Source of the DNA: Chloroflexota bacterium
GTDB taxonomy: Bacteria > Chloroflexota > UBA11872 > VXOZ01
DNA: 64,000 bases
Direction of reading: 5' to 3'
NCBI GenBank assembly: GCA_965221905.1
Contig: OZ244922.1
Coordinates: forward strand, 3,456,011-3,520,010
Shown: one piece after another, positions 28,476 to 39,016 of the stretch
Layout of the letters: every line of letters starts with the position of its first letter
How positions within the stretch are numbered: the first letter of the stretch is position 1
The notes under the pieces: model-generated
What the model saw: only the letters and a program-made list of their open reading frames with translations
Told to the model about the DNA's origin: nothing
The model's database searches: none
Translations under genes and position numbers: made by a program

Positions 28476-30941
28476 ATGCGTGTATCACTCAACTGGCTCG
28501 AAGAGTACGTGCCGGTGAAGCTGCCGGCCGAAGAGTTGGCGCATCAATTGACCATGGCTGGGATTGAGGTCGCACAGGTTAATGCAATCGGTGACTTCTG
28601 GCAGAATACCTATGTCGGCAGGATCGTGGACCTCAAGCCGCATCCAAATGCCGATCGCTTGCAGCTTGCCACCGTAGACTACGGGCAGGCAGAGCAACCC
28701 GTGTTCGTGACCGGCGCTATGAACATTGCCAAAGGCGATAGGGTGCCGGTGGCGTTGCTCGGCGCCGTGCTCAACGACGCATACAGCGATACACCCCAGC
28801 GCATAGAACTCAAGCCGGTAGTCCTGCGGGGCATCAAGTCCGAGGGCATGGTCTGCTCTGCCAGAGAGCTTGGTATGGGCGAAGACCACGAAGGCATCCT
28901 GATCCTCGACTCCGAAGCGCCGGTAGGCACAACGCTCAAGGACTATCTGGGCGATACGATCCTGGAGCTTGACCTTAAGCCCAACCGGAGCGACTGTCTC
29001 GCCATGATCAACGTGGCGCGGGAAGTAGCTGCGCTCACGGGCGAACGTCTGCGCCAGCCGGCCACCCACCGCATAGATGCGCCAACCCTACCCGTGGTGC
29101 GCGTGGACATCAAGGAGCCGAAGCTCTGCGCGCGCTATGCCGCAGGCGTCGTGATCGACGTCACTATCGGCCCGTCGCCGCGCTGGATGCAGGATCGACT
29201 CTCGGCGGCGGGCATGCGCCCCATCAATAACATCGTGGACATTACAAACTATGTGATGCTGGAGTATGGGCAGCCGCTTCACGCCTTCGACTACGACAAG
29301 GTAACGGACGGCAATATCATCGTCCGGCGCGCCCACCTCGGCGAGCGCTTGATTACGCTGGACGGCGAAGAACGCACATTGAGCGCCGGTATGCTCGTAA
29401 TCGCCGATCCCAACGGCCCGATTGCGCTGGCAGGCGTGATGGGCGGCTTGGAGACGGAAGTCACGGAACGGACCACGCGCATCCTGCTGGAGGCCGCCAG
29501 CTTCCACCCGACCTCGATTCGCCGCACGCGGCAAGCGCTCACCTTGCCCAGCGAGGCTTCCCGGCGCTTCGAACAGGGCGTGCCGCCGGAACTGGCCCCA
29601 TTGGCGCGCGACCGCGCCATCGAACTCATCGTGGAAATCGCCGGTGGGCGCGCCCGCAGCCACGCCGCCGATTCTTACGTCCAACCGCAACAACGCCCCG
29701 AGATCGAGCTTACGGAAGATGACCTTTCGCGGCTGCTCGGCATGGACATTCCAATGACGAAGGCTGCCGAAAAGCTTCGGCCCCTGGGCTTCACCTATCG
29801 CATGCAGAATAGTCGGCTTCAGGTCACCGCGCCCTTGCACAGGCTGGACGTGACCTGTTCCGCCGACCTCGTCGAGGAAGTCGCTCGCATGGTGGGCTAT
29901 GACAACATTCCCACCTCATTGCCTTCCGGTCCCTTGCCCGAGGCCGAACCCTCGCCGCTGCGCGCGTGGACCGACCGTGCAAAGCAGGTGATGGTTGGCG
30001 CGGGCTTTGCGGAAGCTATCACCTACACGCTGACAAATGTGTCGCGTGTGGGCCGCCTCTTGCCGAAGGGGGTTGCGGCGGAGCTGCCCGAAGGCCTGGC
30101 GCGCGACGTGGCCCAGGCGGTGTTGCCGCTCCACACTGATCCGCTGCACCTCAAGAATCCGCTCACATCCGAGGCGAGCACGCTGCGCACCGTAACGCTG
30201 GCCGGCATGCTGGAAACGCTCGCCGGCAACCTGCGCCGCCAGACGAGCGACGTGCACTTCTTCGAGATTGCGCCCGTGTTCTTGCCCGTGCGCGCGAAAC
30301 TCCCGATTGAACGCCGCCTCCTCACCGCCGTGATGGGAGAATTCCGCACCGAGCAATGGGGCGCGCGCGCAGAAAACACCTTCTATACGGTCAAGGGTGT
30401 GGCAGAACACGTCCTGCACCGGTTCGGCATTGCTGACTACGGCTTTGCGCCGGTGGAGCACCCGACGTTCCACCCCTACCGGACGGCTGCGGTGACCCTA
30501 CGCCGCGGCGAGGAAGAGCGCGTGGTGGGAATCGTGGGCGAGATCAACGCCGAGGTGAGCGCCGCGTTCGACATCGACCAGCGGGTGATGGCCCTGGTGC
30601 TCAATCTTCACGATCTGGTGGCTCAGGCCCGCGCCACGCCGGAGTTCGCGCCGCCGTCCCGCCACCCGGCTGTGGTGCAAGACCTGGCGATTGTGCTGGA
30701 TGCCGAGATTCCCGCCGAGCGCGTGGTGGAGGAAGTGCGCGAGGCAGGCGGCGATCTGCTGGAAAGCATCAATCTCTTCGATGTCTACCAGGGACCGCAA
30801 GTCCCCGACGGCAAGCGCAGCCTGGCCTACACCCTCACCTTCCGCGCCCCCGACCGCACCCTCAACGACGCCGAAGTAACCACCATCCGCAACCGCATCA
30901 TCGCCAAGCTCCAGGTGTCACTCGAGGCTACACTGAGGTAA
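28476..30941 (+). CDS. pheT: Phenylalanine-tRNA ligase beta subunit
   Basis: HPNADRL, SEGMVCS, PNRSD, GQPLHAFD, DLVEEVAR..GY, FDX-ACB tail. Confidence 0.98.
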   Translation: MRVSLNWLEEYVPVKLPAEELAHQLTMAGIEVAQVNAIGDFWQNTYVGRIVDLKPHPNADRLQLATVDYGQAEQPVFVTGAMNIAKGDRVPVALLGAVLNDAYSDTPQRIELKPVVLRGIKSEGMVCSARELGMGEDHEGILILDSEAPVGTTLKDYLGDTILELDLKPNRSDCLAMINVAREVAALTGERLRQPATHRIDAPTLPVVRVDIKEPKLCARYAAGVVIDVTIGPSPRWMQDRLSAAGMRPINNIVDITNYVMLEYGQPLHAFDYDKVTDGNIIVRRAHLGERLITLDGEERTLSAGMLVIADPNGPIALAGVMGGLETEVTERTTRILLEAASFHPTSIRRTRQALTLPSEASRRFEQGVPPELAPLARDRAIELIVEIAGGRARSHAADSYVQPQQRPEIELTEDDLSRLLGMDIPMTKAAEKLRPLGFTYRMQNSRLQVTAPLHRLDVTCSADLVEEVARMVGYDNIPTSLPSGPLPEAEPSPLRAWTDRAKQVMVGAGFAEAITYTLTNVSRVGRLLPKGVAAELPEGLARDVAQAVLPLHTDPLHLKNPLTSEASTLRTVTLAGMLETLAGNLRRQTSDVHFFEIAPVFLPVRAKLPIERRLLTAVMGEFRTEQWGARAENTFYTVKGVAEHVLHRFGIADYGFAPVEHPTFHPYRTAAVTLRRGEEERVVGIVGEINAEVSAAFDIDQRVMALVLNLHDLVAQARATPEFAPPSRHPAVVQDLAIVLDAEIPAERVVEEVREAGGDLLESINLFDVYQGPQVPDGKRSLAYTLTFRAPDRTLNDAEVTTIRNRIIAKLQVSLEATLR

Positions 30942-31000
30942 ATCGGGGTCGAGAGGGCGCCGGGTTCAAACCCTGATGCGCGTCTTGGCCGCGGGGGACT

Positions 31001-31654
31001 TCATTTGATGTCCGCGAGTCTCTTTACGCCGTCGCGAAACACTTGGAAGCTCTTGGATTGGTTCCCATTTACGTCCAAATGCGGGGCGATTTTGCGGGCC
31101 CAATCGCACTTGGCTATTCCGACCTCTGGGTAACCGACTTTCTTAAGACGCTTCGACCCTTTTGGATTGACTGCATCCGACAAGACTTCCCAAGTACCGC
31201 AGATGCTGTCTTGCTTGTAGTCAATAAGGACCAAATCCCTTGCACAGGGATACGCGGCCTTCACAGCGTTGCGGTCTCCTAGCAGCCAGGCTTCACTCTC
31301 CTCAATGGCTATTCTGAAGAATGTCTTTGGCTGAGGATTGCACTCTGCAAGCACGCCAAGCAACTCTTGCTTGAAGGCCCTGCAATCCCGTTTGTCTAAA
31401 TCCACTACCACGATAACTGCTGCCAAATCTGGGAGGCTTTTTCCATAGCCCTGCAGTATGCGTGGCAACCGATCCAGCAGGATTCTTTTCTGCGGATCCG
31501 TTGTACCGCGCAAGTCCTTCGGTATTCGGCCTAATCCTCTATAAGAACGTGTCTTCCAAGAATGATGCTTGTAGTTTACGCCAAGAATCTTCTCCAGAAG
31601 TTGCTCAAGGGCGATTTTGCCCGATAAATCCTCGACCAGCACCTCAAAGTGCAT
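31001..31654 (-). CDS. DUF4276-like TOPRIM-fold protein
   Basis: VLVED, VVVDLD (DxD), IEESEAWLLGD, N.SKSF. Confidence 0.8.
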   Translation of the reverse strand: MHFEVLVEDLSGKIALEQLLEKILGVNYKHHSWKTRSYRGLGRIPKDLRGTTDPQKRILLDRLPRILQGYGKSLPDLAAVIVVVDLDKRDCRAFKQELLGVLAECNPQPKTFFRIAIEESEAWLLGDRNAVKAAYPCARDLVLIDYKQDSICGTWEVLSDAVNPKGSKRLKKVGYPEVGIAKCDWARKIAPHLDVNGNQSKSFQVFRDGVKRLADIK

Positions 31655-32933
31655 TGGCCTCTGTCCGCTCTAGGTAGTCGCTGTACCAGAGACCGCCGAG
31701 CGGAAGTCCCTCGTCCACCATGGCTTTAACGATTGGGTCGTCACTGGCGCGGCGAATGCTGGCAAAGCCGTCTGCCTCTTTCTCCAGCAGCCAGGTTTCT
31801 TCCGGCTTTAGCGCGTCAACGAAGTAAGGTTGATGGGTGGTGACGAAGATCTGAGAGGAGTTATCTTTCCCCGTGGCGTGACGGCGAAACTCAGCAGCTA
31901 ACACCTCCAGTAGCTTGTGGTAGAGTCCGTTTTCCGGCTCTTCTATGCAAATGAACGGCGGCGGTTCCGGGTCTTCCAACATAAGCAGGTAGGCGAAGAC
32001 TTTCAGCGTGCCATCTGACATCTGCTGCGCGTAGAAGGGATCGGTGAATCCCCGGTCATTGAAGCGTAGCAGCAAGCGCCCATCGGGACTCAATTCCGTA
32101 TCGATCCGGTTGATGCCGGGCACACGCTCGGCAATTCGCGCCAAGATACGCTTGAATCTATCCGGGTGTTCACGCTCCATATATTGCACAACATTGCCTA
32201 GATTGTCGCCGTGCGCGTTCAATCGCCGTTGCGGTCCGGCTAAGGGTAAGCTACGAGCGGCGTCAGGGGTAAAGTAGCTGAGGTACCAGCCTTCCAAGAA
32301 TTGGCGGAGTGCGGCTATTCTGGGATGTTGTTTCAAGGCGCCAAGAGTAGCAATGCCTAGTTTACGCTTGTCTTCCAATTCGATATATTCCGATTCTTTG
32401 CTCTCTTCGCCTGCAAATAGCTCCTTGAGCCTTGCAAGTTCAAAACCTTCCTCCCCAACTTGCCGCCCTTCCGTTGATCCTCTCCAAACGATGCCCTCCC
32501 CTTGAAACAACGCTAAGAACAAGAGGCGTTTGCTACGCATCCGTTTGCCTTGAAACTGATGAAGGATTTCGTGCGCAACATAGGGGCGGTCCTCATCGTC
32601 CAAATCAATTGCCAATTCAAACGTAATTGGCCGCTCTCTTGGCCTTGCCCTGTAATGCACCTCGAACTCAACTGGGTCGTATTCTTCTTGTGAGCGAATA
32701 CGCTCGAATCCCCCGCGACCGCGCGCATCGCACGCCTCTTCGACACCCAGCTTTAAACAATCCGAAAGAAAGCCAAAGGCATCGAACAGGCAACTCTTGC
32801 CCACGCCGTTCTTGCCGATTACCGAGGTCATTGGCGTCAAGGGCTGGGTATCCTGCAAATTCCACAGCCTGCCGAGTGTGATGTCTTTCAACACCCGGTA
32901 GTTCTTGATCCTAATGCCTTCAATTTGCGCCAT
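31644..32933 (-). CDS. ABC-type (AAA_21-like) ATPase
   Basis: GKNGVGKS, MSDGT, IEEPENGL, TTHQPY; stop overlaps the partner's start. Confidence 0.9.
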   Translation of the reverse strand: MAQIEGIRIKNYRVLKDITLGRLWNLQDTQPLTPMTSVIGKNGVGKSCLFDAFGFLSDCLKLGVEEACDARGRGGFERIRSQEEYDPVEFEVHYRARPRERPITFELAIDLDDEDRPYVAHEILHQFQGKRMRSKRLLFLALFQGEGIVWRGSTEGRQVGEEGFELARLKELFAGEESKESEYIELEDKRKLGIATLGALKQHPRIAALRQFLEGWYLSYFTPDAARSLPLAGPQRRLNAHGDNLGNVVQYMEREHPDRFKRILARIAERVPGINRIDTELSPDGRLLLRFNDRGFTDPFYAQQMSDGTLKVFAYLLMLEDPEPPPFICIEEPENGLYHKLLEVLAAEFRRHATGKDNSSQIFVTTHQPYFVDALKPEETWLLEKEADGFASIRRASDDPIVKAMVDEGLPLGGLWYSDYLERTEANAL

Positions 32934-33051
32934 AGCCACCAAGTCACTCACCTATTGAATTGTTGACAACAGCATAACAACAAGTGTGAGCCTTCTACTA
33001 GGTATCGCTATTTTTACTTAGCCAGTAGCTACTCGTGTACAGGCTCGCCCG

Positions 33052-33453
33052 CTAGCGGCGTTCGTAGAGAGCTAAGTCCGGGAGGTCTTTATAGTCTGCG
33101 ACGTTGCGTGTGACGAGGACAAGACCATGCGTGACCGCAGTGGCCGCAATTATTAGATCAAGTGCTCGTTGCTGGGGGCGTTTCCCTTGCAGTCTGAGTG
33201 TTTCCCTCAGCCGGGCGCATCGCTCCGCCACGGCGCGAGAGAATGGCAGGACTGGTACTGCTGCAACGAGGGCTGCGAACTGTGCCGATGCTGCTTCCGA
33301 CTCCTGGCTCCGCAACACTCCCTGATAGACTTCCGTATATGTGACGATGCTGATGGCAATGCCCTCTTGTGCGAGTTGCTCTAGGAGTTGCAGGGCTTCG
33401 GATTCTTGGGCAAGGAAGTCGATTACCCAATCTGAATCAATGAGGTAGGGCAT
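33052..33453 (-). CDS. vapC: PIN-domain toxin
   Basis: YLIDSD, TYTEV..G, DLIIAATA, LVTRN..DY. Confidence 0.92.
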   Translation of the reverse strand: MPYLIDSDWVIDFLAQESEALQLLEQLAQEGIAISIVTYTEVYQGVLRSQESEAASAQFAALVAAVPVLPFSRAVAERCARLRETLRLQGKRPQQRALDLIIAATAVTHGLVLVTRNVADYKDLPDLALYERR

Positions 33454-33456
33454 GAA

Positions 33457-33738
33457 TTATCGATCGGGGTGTCCGCGGTCATGCTGTGCGCGCGCTGCGT
33501 GTATATCGCTTAGCAGACTCTCCCGGTCGATGCCTGCCAAGGCGCCGGCGCTTTGGAGCAATGCCTGCCTGACCTTCTCCGGGCTGTAGTCGGCCCAAAT
33601 GTCATTGGCAGCTTCCCGCGCAAGCACATAGCGCTCTCCATCTCTATCAAGGATTACGGGCGCCTCACCGATCTCTTCCAAGAAACGCCCAAGCTCGCTT
33701 TCCGGTGCGACGTTGATAACCTTTGTTTCAGCCGCCAT
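33457..33738 (-). CDS. Putative antitoxin of the vapC pair
   Basis: 93-aa ORF ending 3 bp upstream of vapC; SAGAL...DIHAAR tail. Confidence 0.7.
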   Translation of the reverse strand: MAAETKVINVAPESELGRFLEEIGEAPVILDRDGERYVLAREAANDIWADYSPEKVRQALLQSAGALAGIDRESLLSDIHAARAQHDRGHPDR

Positions 33739-33975
33739 TGGGTTTTCCTCAAGCCGCCACCATTGGTCTACGCTGGACTCTTCGCTCCATCAATCATTAT
33801 GGCATATTCACGCTGCACAAAAGCCGGTACCGCGTGCTTTTGCAACAGATTAAGGCTGCCTCGCACCAAGTCAAAATGTCAGCTCACCCCATTCTTGTTG
33901 GTGTAAACAGCAGCACACAGGTGTTGCGAGGCTTGTCGTAGCGCATCCAATTGCCGCGCCTTCGACAGATTCAGA

Positions 33976-36900
33976 CTACGACGCGTGGGCTTTTTCTAGC
34001 GCGCCGTCGCGTTCGAGGACGGTGCGCAGGTAGACGCCGGTGTAGGAGTGGGGCATATGGGCCAGGGCTTCCGGCGTACCTTCGGCGACGAGTTCGCCGC
34101 CGGCGTCGCCGCCCTCGGGGCCGAGGTCGATCACCCAGTCCACGCACTTGATCACTTCCAGGTTGTGCTCGATCACGATCACCGTATTGCCGGTATCCAC
34201 CAAGCGTTGGAGCACCTCCAGCAGGCGCTCCACGTCGGCGAAGTGCAGGCCGGTGGTCGGCTCGTCCAAGATGTAGAGCGTGCGGCCCGTGGCGCGTTTG
34301 GAGAGTTCGGCGGCCAATTTGATGCGTTGGGCCTCGCCGCCGGAGAGGGTGGTGGCGGGTTGACCGATCCGCATGTAGCCTAAGCCCACGTCAACCAGCG
34401 TCTTGAGTTTATTATGAATGCTAGGGATATTTTCAAAGAAGGTATTGGCCTCGTCGATGGTGAGGTCGAGCACGTCGGCGATGGTCTTGCCCTTGTAAGT
34501 AATCTCCAGCGCCTCGCGGTTGTAGCGCTTGCCCGCGCAGACCTCGCAGGGCACATAGACGTCCGGCAGGAATTGCATCTCGATCTTGATGATGCCGTCG
34601 CCGCGGCAGGCCTCGCAGCGGCCGCCCTTTACATTAAAGGAGAAGCGCCCCGGTTTGTAGCCGCGAATGCGCGCTTCAGGAATCTTAGCGAAAATCTCGC
34701 GAATGGGCGTGAACGCACCGGTATACGTGGCCGGATTCGAGCGCGGCGTGCGCCCGATGGGTTGTTGGTTTATGTCTATGACCTTATCGATGTTCTCCAG
34801 GCCCAGCACCGCGTCGTGAGGGCCGGGACGCTCGCGGCTGTGGTATATCTCCTGCGCCAGTCGGCGGTAGAGCACGTCTATGACCAGCGAACTTTTCCCC
34901 GAACCGGAGACGCCGGTCACGCCGATAAACCGTCCGAGAGGAAAATCTACGTCAATGCTCTTGAGATTATTGGCGCGGGCGCCTTTCACCGTGACCCGCG
35001 CTCTTGCCGCTCGTCCTGAGCTTGTCGAAGGAGCCTGTGCTGAGCCTGCCGAGGGGACCTGTCCTGAGCCTGTCGAAGGACCGCGCCGCTCGTGCGGCAC
35101 AGGGATCATCCGCCTACCCGTCAGGAAAGCCGCCGTCAGGGATTCATCCACCGCCAACACGTCCGGCAGCGGTCCCGCTGCCACAATGCGGCCGCCATGC
35201 TCGCCTGCGCCCGGGCCAACATCGATCACGTGATCGGCTGAGCGAATCGTCTCCTCGTCGTGTTCCACCACCAGCACGGTATTCCCCAAGTCGCGCAGGC
35301 CGCTCAGCGTTTCGATGAGACGGCGGTTGTCCCGCTGGTGCAGGCCGATTGACGGTTCGTCCAAGATGTAGAGCACGCCCACCAGGCCGGAGCCAATCTG
35401 GGTTGCCAAGCGGATACGCTGGGCTTCACCGCCGGAGAGCGTCGCGGTGGCGCGGTCGAGGGTAAGGTAGTCCAGCCCCACGTTCATCAAGAACTGCAGC
35501 CGCGCTTGGATTTCCTTCAGTATCTGGCGGCCGATCAAGCGTTCGCGCTCGGTGAGCGGCAAAGCGGCAAACCAAGCACTGGCATCCTTTACGGCAAAAG
35601 AGGTGACCTGCGCGATGGTGTAGGCGTTGATCGTTACGGACAAACTTTCCGGTTTCAGGCGCGCCCCCTGGCAGGCGGGACAAGGCTGCACGGTCATGAA
35701 GCGCTCGATTTCCCCGCGCATGTAGTCTGAATCCGTCTCTTTGTAGCGCCGCTGCAAGTTGGGGATCACCCCTTCGAAGTCCACCGTAAAGGTGCGCGTC
35801 TCGTCACGCGCGGCCTTCACTGTAACCGGAACGCGATCTTCAGTGCCGTAGAGCAATACATCGACGTGCTCGGCCGCCAATTCGGCCACCGGCGCGCGCA
35901 GAGAGAAGCCGTAGTGCTCTGCCACCGCTTTCACCACCTGGTAGAGGTAGGAATCCTTGGCGATGAGCCGCGACCACGGCAGAATGGCGCCCTCCAAAGG
36001 CGAGAGCCGCTTGTTCGGCACGATGAGGTCGGGATCGAACACCATGGTCGTGCCGATTCCGGTGCACTCCGGGCACGCGCCGTGGGGACTATTAAAGGAA
36101 AACGTGCGCGGCTCCACCTCGCCAAGCGATATGCCGCAGTGTACGCAGGCGAATTGCTCTGAGAAGAGCAACTCCATTGGGTCTTGTCTATCGTTGGATT
36201 CGCGATTGGGACCAACTCCGTCATTCCGGCGAAAGCCGGAATCCATCTGCTCCACCTCGCCGTCATTCCCGCCTACTCCGTCATTCCCGCGAAAGCTCGC
36301 CCCCTGCGGGGGCGCGGAATCCGTCTTCTCTTCACTCCTGTCCCCGACATCAACGCGTAAACGGGAATCAATCGACTCCCCACCAGAGGGACTCCCACTT
36401 GCGCGGGAGTGACGGTCAGCCCCATCCACAATGACAATCCGCACCACGCTGGATCCCAGGCGCAACGCCGTCTCCAACGAATCCGCCACGCGGGACTTAT
36501 CGGTCTCCGCTCCTCGGTTCACCAGCCGGTCCACCACGATCTCGATAGTATGTTGCTTGTAGCGGTCGAGGGTGGGAGTCTCCTCCAGGTCATACACCGT
36601 GCCGTCCACGCGCACGCGCACGTAACCTGCCTTGCGCGCGTCCTCGAACACCTGCCGGTATTCGCCCTTGCGGTCCTGCACGATAGGGGCCAGGATCATG
36701 TAGCGGGTGCCGTCGGGCAGGTCGAGCAGCGTATCCACCATTTGCTGCACGGTCTGCTGGGAGATCACGCGCCCGCACTGCGGGCAGTGGGGCACGCCGA
36801 TGCGCGCAAAGAGCAGGCGCAAGTAGTCGTAAACTTCCGTTACCGTGCCGACCGTGGAGCGCGGGTTGCGGCTGGCGCCCTTCTGATCGATGGATATGGC

Positions 36901-37149
36901 GGGAGAGAGGCCGTCGATATGGTCGACGTCCGGTTTCTCCAACATGCCGAGAAACTGGCGCGCATAGGCCGAGAGCGATTCCACGTAGCGGCGTTGGCCT
37001 TCGGCAAATATCGTATCGAAGGCCAAGCTCGACTTGCCGGAGCCTGAGAGACCGGTAATGACCACCAGCCTCTCGCGCGGAATGTCGAGGTCGATATTCT
37101 TGAGGTTGTGTTCGCGCGCGCCGCGGATGCGGATGAACTCTTCAGCCAT
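33976..37149 (-). CDS. uvrA: Excinuclease ABC subunit A with two repeat-derived in-frame insertions
   Basis: [16 protein letters not shown], zinc fingers, two [16 protein letters not shown]. Confidence 0.98.
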   Translation of the reverse strand: MAEEFIRIRGAREHNLKNIDLDIPRERLVVITGLSGSGKSSLAFDTIFAEGQRRYVESLSAYARQFLGMLEKPDVDHIDGLSPAISIDQKGASRNPRSTVGTVTEVYDYLRLLFARIGVPHCPQCGRVISQQTVQQMVDTLLDLPDGTRYMILAPIVQDRKGEYRQVFEDARKAGYVRVRVDGTVYDLEETPTLDRYKQHTIEIVVDRLVNRGAETDKSRVADSLETALRLGSSVVRIVIVDGADRHSRASGSPSGGESIDSRLRVDVGDRSEEKTDSAPPQGASFRGNDGVGGNDGEVEQMDSGFRRNDGVGPNRESNDRQDPMELLFSEQFACVHCGISLGEVEPRTFSFNSPHGACPECTGIGTTMVFDPDLIVPNKRLSPLEGAILPWSRLIAKDSYLYQVVKAVAEHYGFSLRAPVAELAAEHVDVLLYGTEDRVPVTVKAARDETRTFTVDFEGVIPNLQRRYKETDSDYMRGEIERFMTVQPCPACQGARLKPESLSVTINAYTIAQVTSFAVKDASAWFAALPLTERERLIGRQILKEIQARLQFLMNVGLDYLTLDRATATLSGGEAQRIRLATQIGSGLVGVLYILDEPSIGLHQRDNRRLIETLSGLRDLGNTVLVVEHDEETIRSADHVIDVGPGAGEHGGRIVAAGPLPDVLAVDESLTAAFLTGRRMIPVPHERRGPSTGSGQVPSAGSAQAPSTSSGRAARARVTVKGARANNLKSIDVDFPLGRFIGVTGVSGSGKSSLVIDVLYRRLAQEIYHSRERPGPHDAVLGLENIDKVIDINQQPIGRTPRSNPATYTGAFTPIREIFAKIPEARIRGYKPGRFSFNVKGGRCEACRGDGIIKIEMQFLPDVYVPCEVCAGKRYNREALEITYKGKTIADVLDLTIDEANTFFENIPSIHNKLKTLVDVGLGYMRIGQPATTLSGGEAQRIKLAAELSKRATGRTLYILDEPTTGLHFADVERLLEVLQRLVDTGNTVIVIEHNLEVIKCVDWVIDLGPEGGDAGGELVAEGTPEALAHMPHSYTGVYLRTVLERDGALEKAHAS
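35013..35080. repeat. Three 24-bp units of the CTGAGC(C/T)TGTCGAAG repeat inside uvrA
   Basis: GTCCTGAGCTTGTCGAAGGAGCCT / GTGCTGAGCCTGCCGAGGGGACCT / GTCCTGAGCCTGTCGAAGGA. Confidence 0.85.
36218..36415. repeat. Cluster of CGTCA(T/C)TCC-type palindromes inside uvrA
   Basis: CCGTCATTCCGGCGAAAGCCGGAATCC, CCGTCATTCCCGCGAAAGCTCGCCCCCTGCGGGGGCGCGGAATCC, GACTCCCACTTGCGCGGGAGTGACGG. Confidence 0.88.
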
Positions 37150-37265
37150 GGGGTTTTGGGGGTGCCTTTACCTCTACTGGTTGTGGCGTGCAGCTACTCC
37201 GAAATCTAAGCGTTGTGTAATTCGTTAGCCGGTTGTGCTTCTGACTAACCAGTGCATACCGCTCA

Positions 37266-37365
37266 TGTCATTCCGAGCGTAGCGAGGAATCTAAGGTCTA
37301 TGGCACACGTAATCCAATTCGCTCAACATTTTTAGATTCCTCACTGCGCTCCGTTCGGAATGACA
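37266..37365. repeat. Inverted doublet of the TGTCATTCCGAGCG-type repeat
   Basis: TGTCATTCCGAGCGTAGCGAGGAATCT ... AGATTCCTCACTGCGCTCCGTTCGGAATGACA. Confidence 0.8.
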
Positions 37366-37446
37366 AGTGTGATGAGTAGAAATCCACATAGCAGTCTCGC
37401 GAATCAGCCTCTATGGTACCACGATGTAACTCCTTGCAGCAGTCTA

Positions 37447-37475
37447 TTGACATGTGGCAGTATGCCAATTAAACT
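37447..37475 (+). promoter_or_regulatory. Sigma70-type promoter for the downstream solute-binding protein gene
   Basis: TTGACA-17 nt-TAAACT. Confidence 0.55.
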
Positions 37476-37577
37476 GAGCACCAGCGAAGGTATGTGGGCG
37501 CTCCAGGGGTATGCACACCCGCAGCTTGTGTCGGCGTATGTAGGCCTTAGACCCCTCAGCAATAAGGAGGAACGGTC

Positions 37578-38954
37578 ATGGAAAAGACACGTTTTACACG
37601 CCGAACGGTACTGGCAGCGGTACCGGTAGTTGGCGGCGCGGCATTCCTAGCCGCGTGCGGTACGGCGCAGGTTGCCGCGCCGATGGAAGAGAAGGCAGCG
37701 CCGGAGGAGAAAGCCGAAGCCGCGCCGGCGCCGGCAGAGGAAGTGCAACTCACCTACCTCTCGCGCGACTCAGATAGCGCCACCCTCAAGGTGCGCGCGC
37801 TTTTCGACAAGTACGAGGCAGCCAACCCCAACATCACCATTGCAATCCAGAATATGTCCAGCGGAGATGAAGCGAAAACCAAGTTGCTGGTCCAGGCAGC
37901 GTCGGGCGTTCCCATCGACTTCTTGCGTACCAGTTGGGGTTCGTTCGCCGACCTCATCGAAGGCGAAATCCTGTCGCCCTTGGACGACTTCTTCAAGGCC
38001 GACGGCTTGGTGCCGTCAGAACACTTTCTGCCGAACAGCCTGACGCACTGGACCGTCGATGGGCTCCTGTACGGGTGGCCGGGCTCCGGTAATTGCGACG
38101 CCGTGCTCCTCAACAAGACGATACTGGACAAAGCCGGGCTGGAGCCGCCGCCCATCGATCCCACCGATGCTTCCTGGAATATGGATAAATTCCTCGAGTA
38201 CGCCCGGGCGATGACGCAAGGCAACGAGCAGTTTGGGCACAATGGCGGCGTCTCCGCTTCCGACGGCCGGCGCGGCCACCAGCGCGGCGCGTACTTCGGC
38301 CAGATTGCCTGGGACTATGAGCGCAATGTCGCGGTGATGGACCATCCGAAGTTCATCGAGGGGCTGGCCTACTGGGTAGACCTGAAGCTCAAGCACCGCG
38401 TGGTGCCGAGTGCGGAGGAAGCGGACAGTCTGGGCGCGGCCAATACCGGTCGGCGCGCCATCTGGGAATCCGGCAAAGTGGGCATGAACATCACCAACGG
38501 CTACCGGCAAGTGCCGTTTGAAGCCATCGGCGCGACACTGCCCTTCAGCGCGGACGTGAACATCTCCGGCCGCTCCTGGTTCCCGGCGATCCTCATTGGC
38601 TTCAGTCTGCATCCCGACGAGACGTGGGCAGTAAACCGCTGGATGATGGAGCCGGAACCGAATACCGAGTTCACCCTGGCCATGGGCCACACCATTTCGG
38701 CGGTGCAGACCGCGGTAAACATGCCGGCTGAGCAGCTCAAGGCGACCATTGGGTTCGACGCCATCGCCCACGCGGAGCAAGTTAAATTTAGCCCGCCCTC
38801 AAGCTACGGCATGAACGGCTATCCCACCTGGGGCGAGGTCGGCACCGCTTTACGTCCGCATTTCGACGCGTACGATGCCGGCCAGATTACGCCCGAGGAG
38901 TACGGCCGCGTGGCAACCGACATCGTCAACGAGCTCCTCATACCGAAGGGGTAG
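37578..38954 (+). CDS. ABC transporter solute-binding lipoprotein (Tat signal)
   Basis: TRRTVL..FLAACG, GLLYGWP, WNMDKFL; AAGGAGG RBS. Confidence 0.87.
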   Translation: MEKTRFTRRTVLAAVPVVGGAAFLAACGTAQVAAPMEEKAAPEEKAEAAPAPAEEVQLTYLSRDSDSATLKVRALFDKYEAANPNITIAIQNMSSGDEAKTKLLVQAASGVPIDFLRTSWGSFADLIEGEILSPLDDFFKADGLVPSEHFLPNSLTHWTVDGLLYGWPGSGNCDAVLLNKTILDKAGLEPPPIDPTDASWNMDKFLEYARAMTQGNEQFGHNGGVSASDGRRGHQRGAYFGQIAWDYERNVAVMDHPKFIEGLAYWVDLKLKHRVVPSAEEADSLGAANTGRRAIWESGKVGMNITNGYRQVPFEAIGATLPFSADVNISGRSWFPAILIGFSLHPDETWAVNRWMMEPEPNTEFTLAMGHTISAVQTAVNMPAEQLKATIGFDAIAHAEQVKFSPPSSYGMNGYPTWGEVGTALRPHFDAYDAGQITPEEYGRVATDIVNELLIPKG

Positions 38955-39016
38955 ACAGAAGCATCGAGCCACAGAGGCGGGATGAGAAAATGGCTAACGG
39001 TTGACCTGCTATTCCA

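Noticed and set aside
30961-30975. GGGTTCAAACCC resembling a tRNA T-arm after pheT
   Set aside because: No D-arm, anticodon arm or acceptor stem could be folded.
36178-36420. UvrA insertion as an intein or intron
   Set aside because: No N-terminal C/S or C-terminal HN motifs, too short, and fully explained by palindromic repeats.
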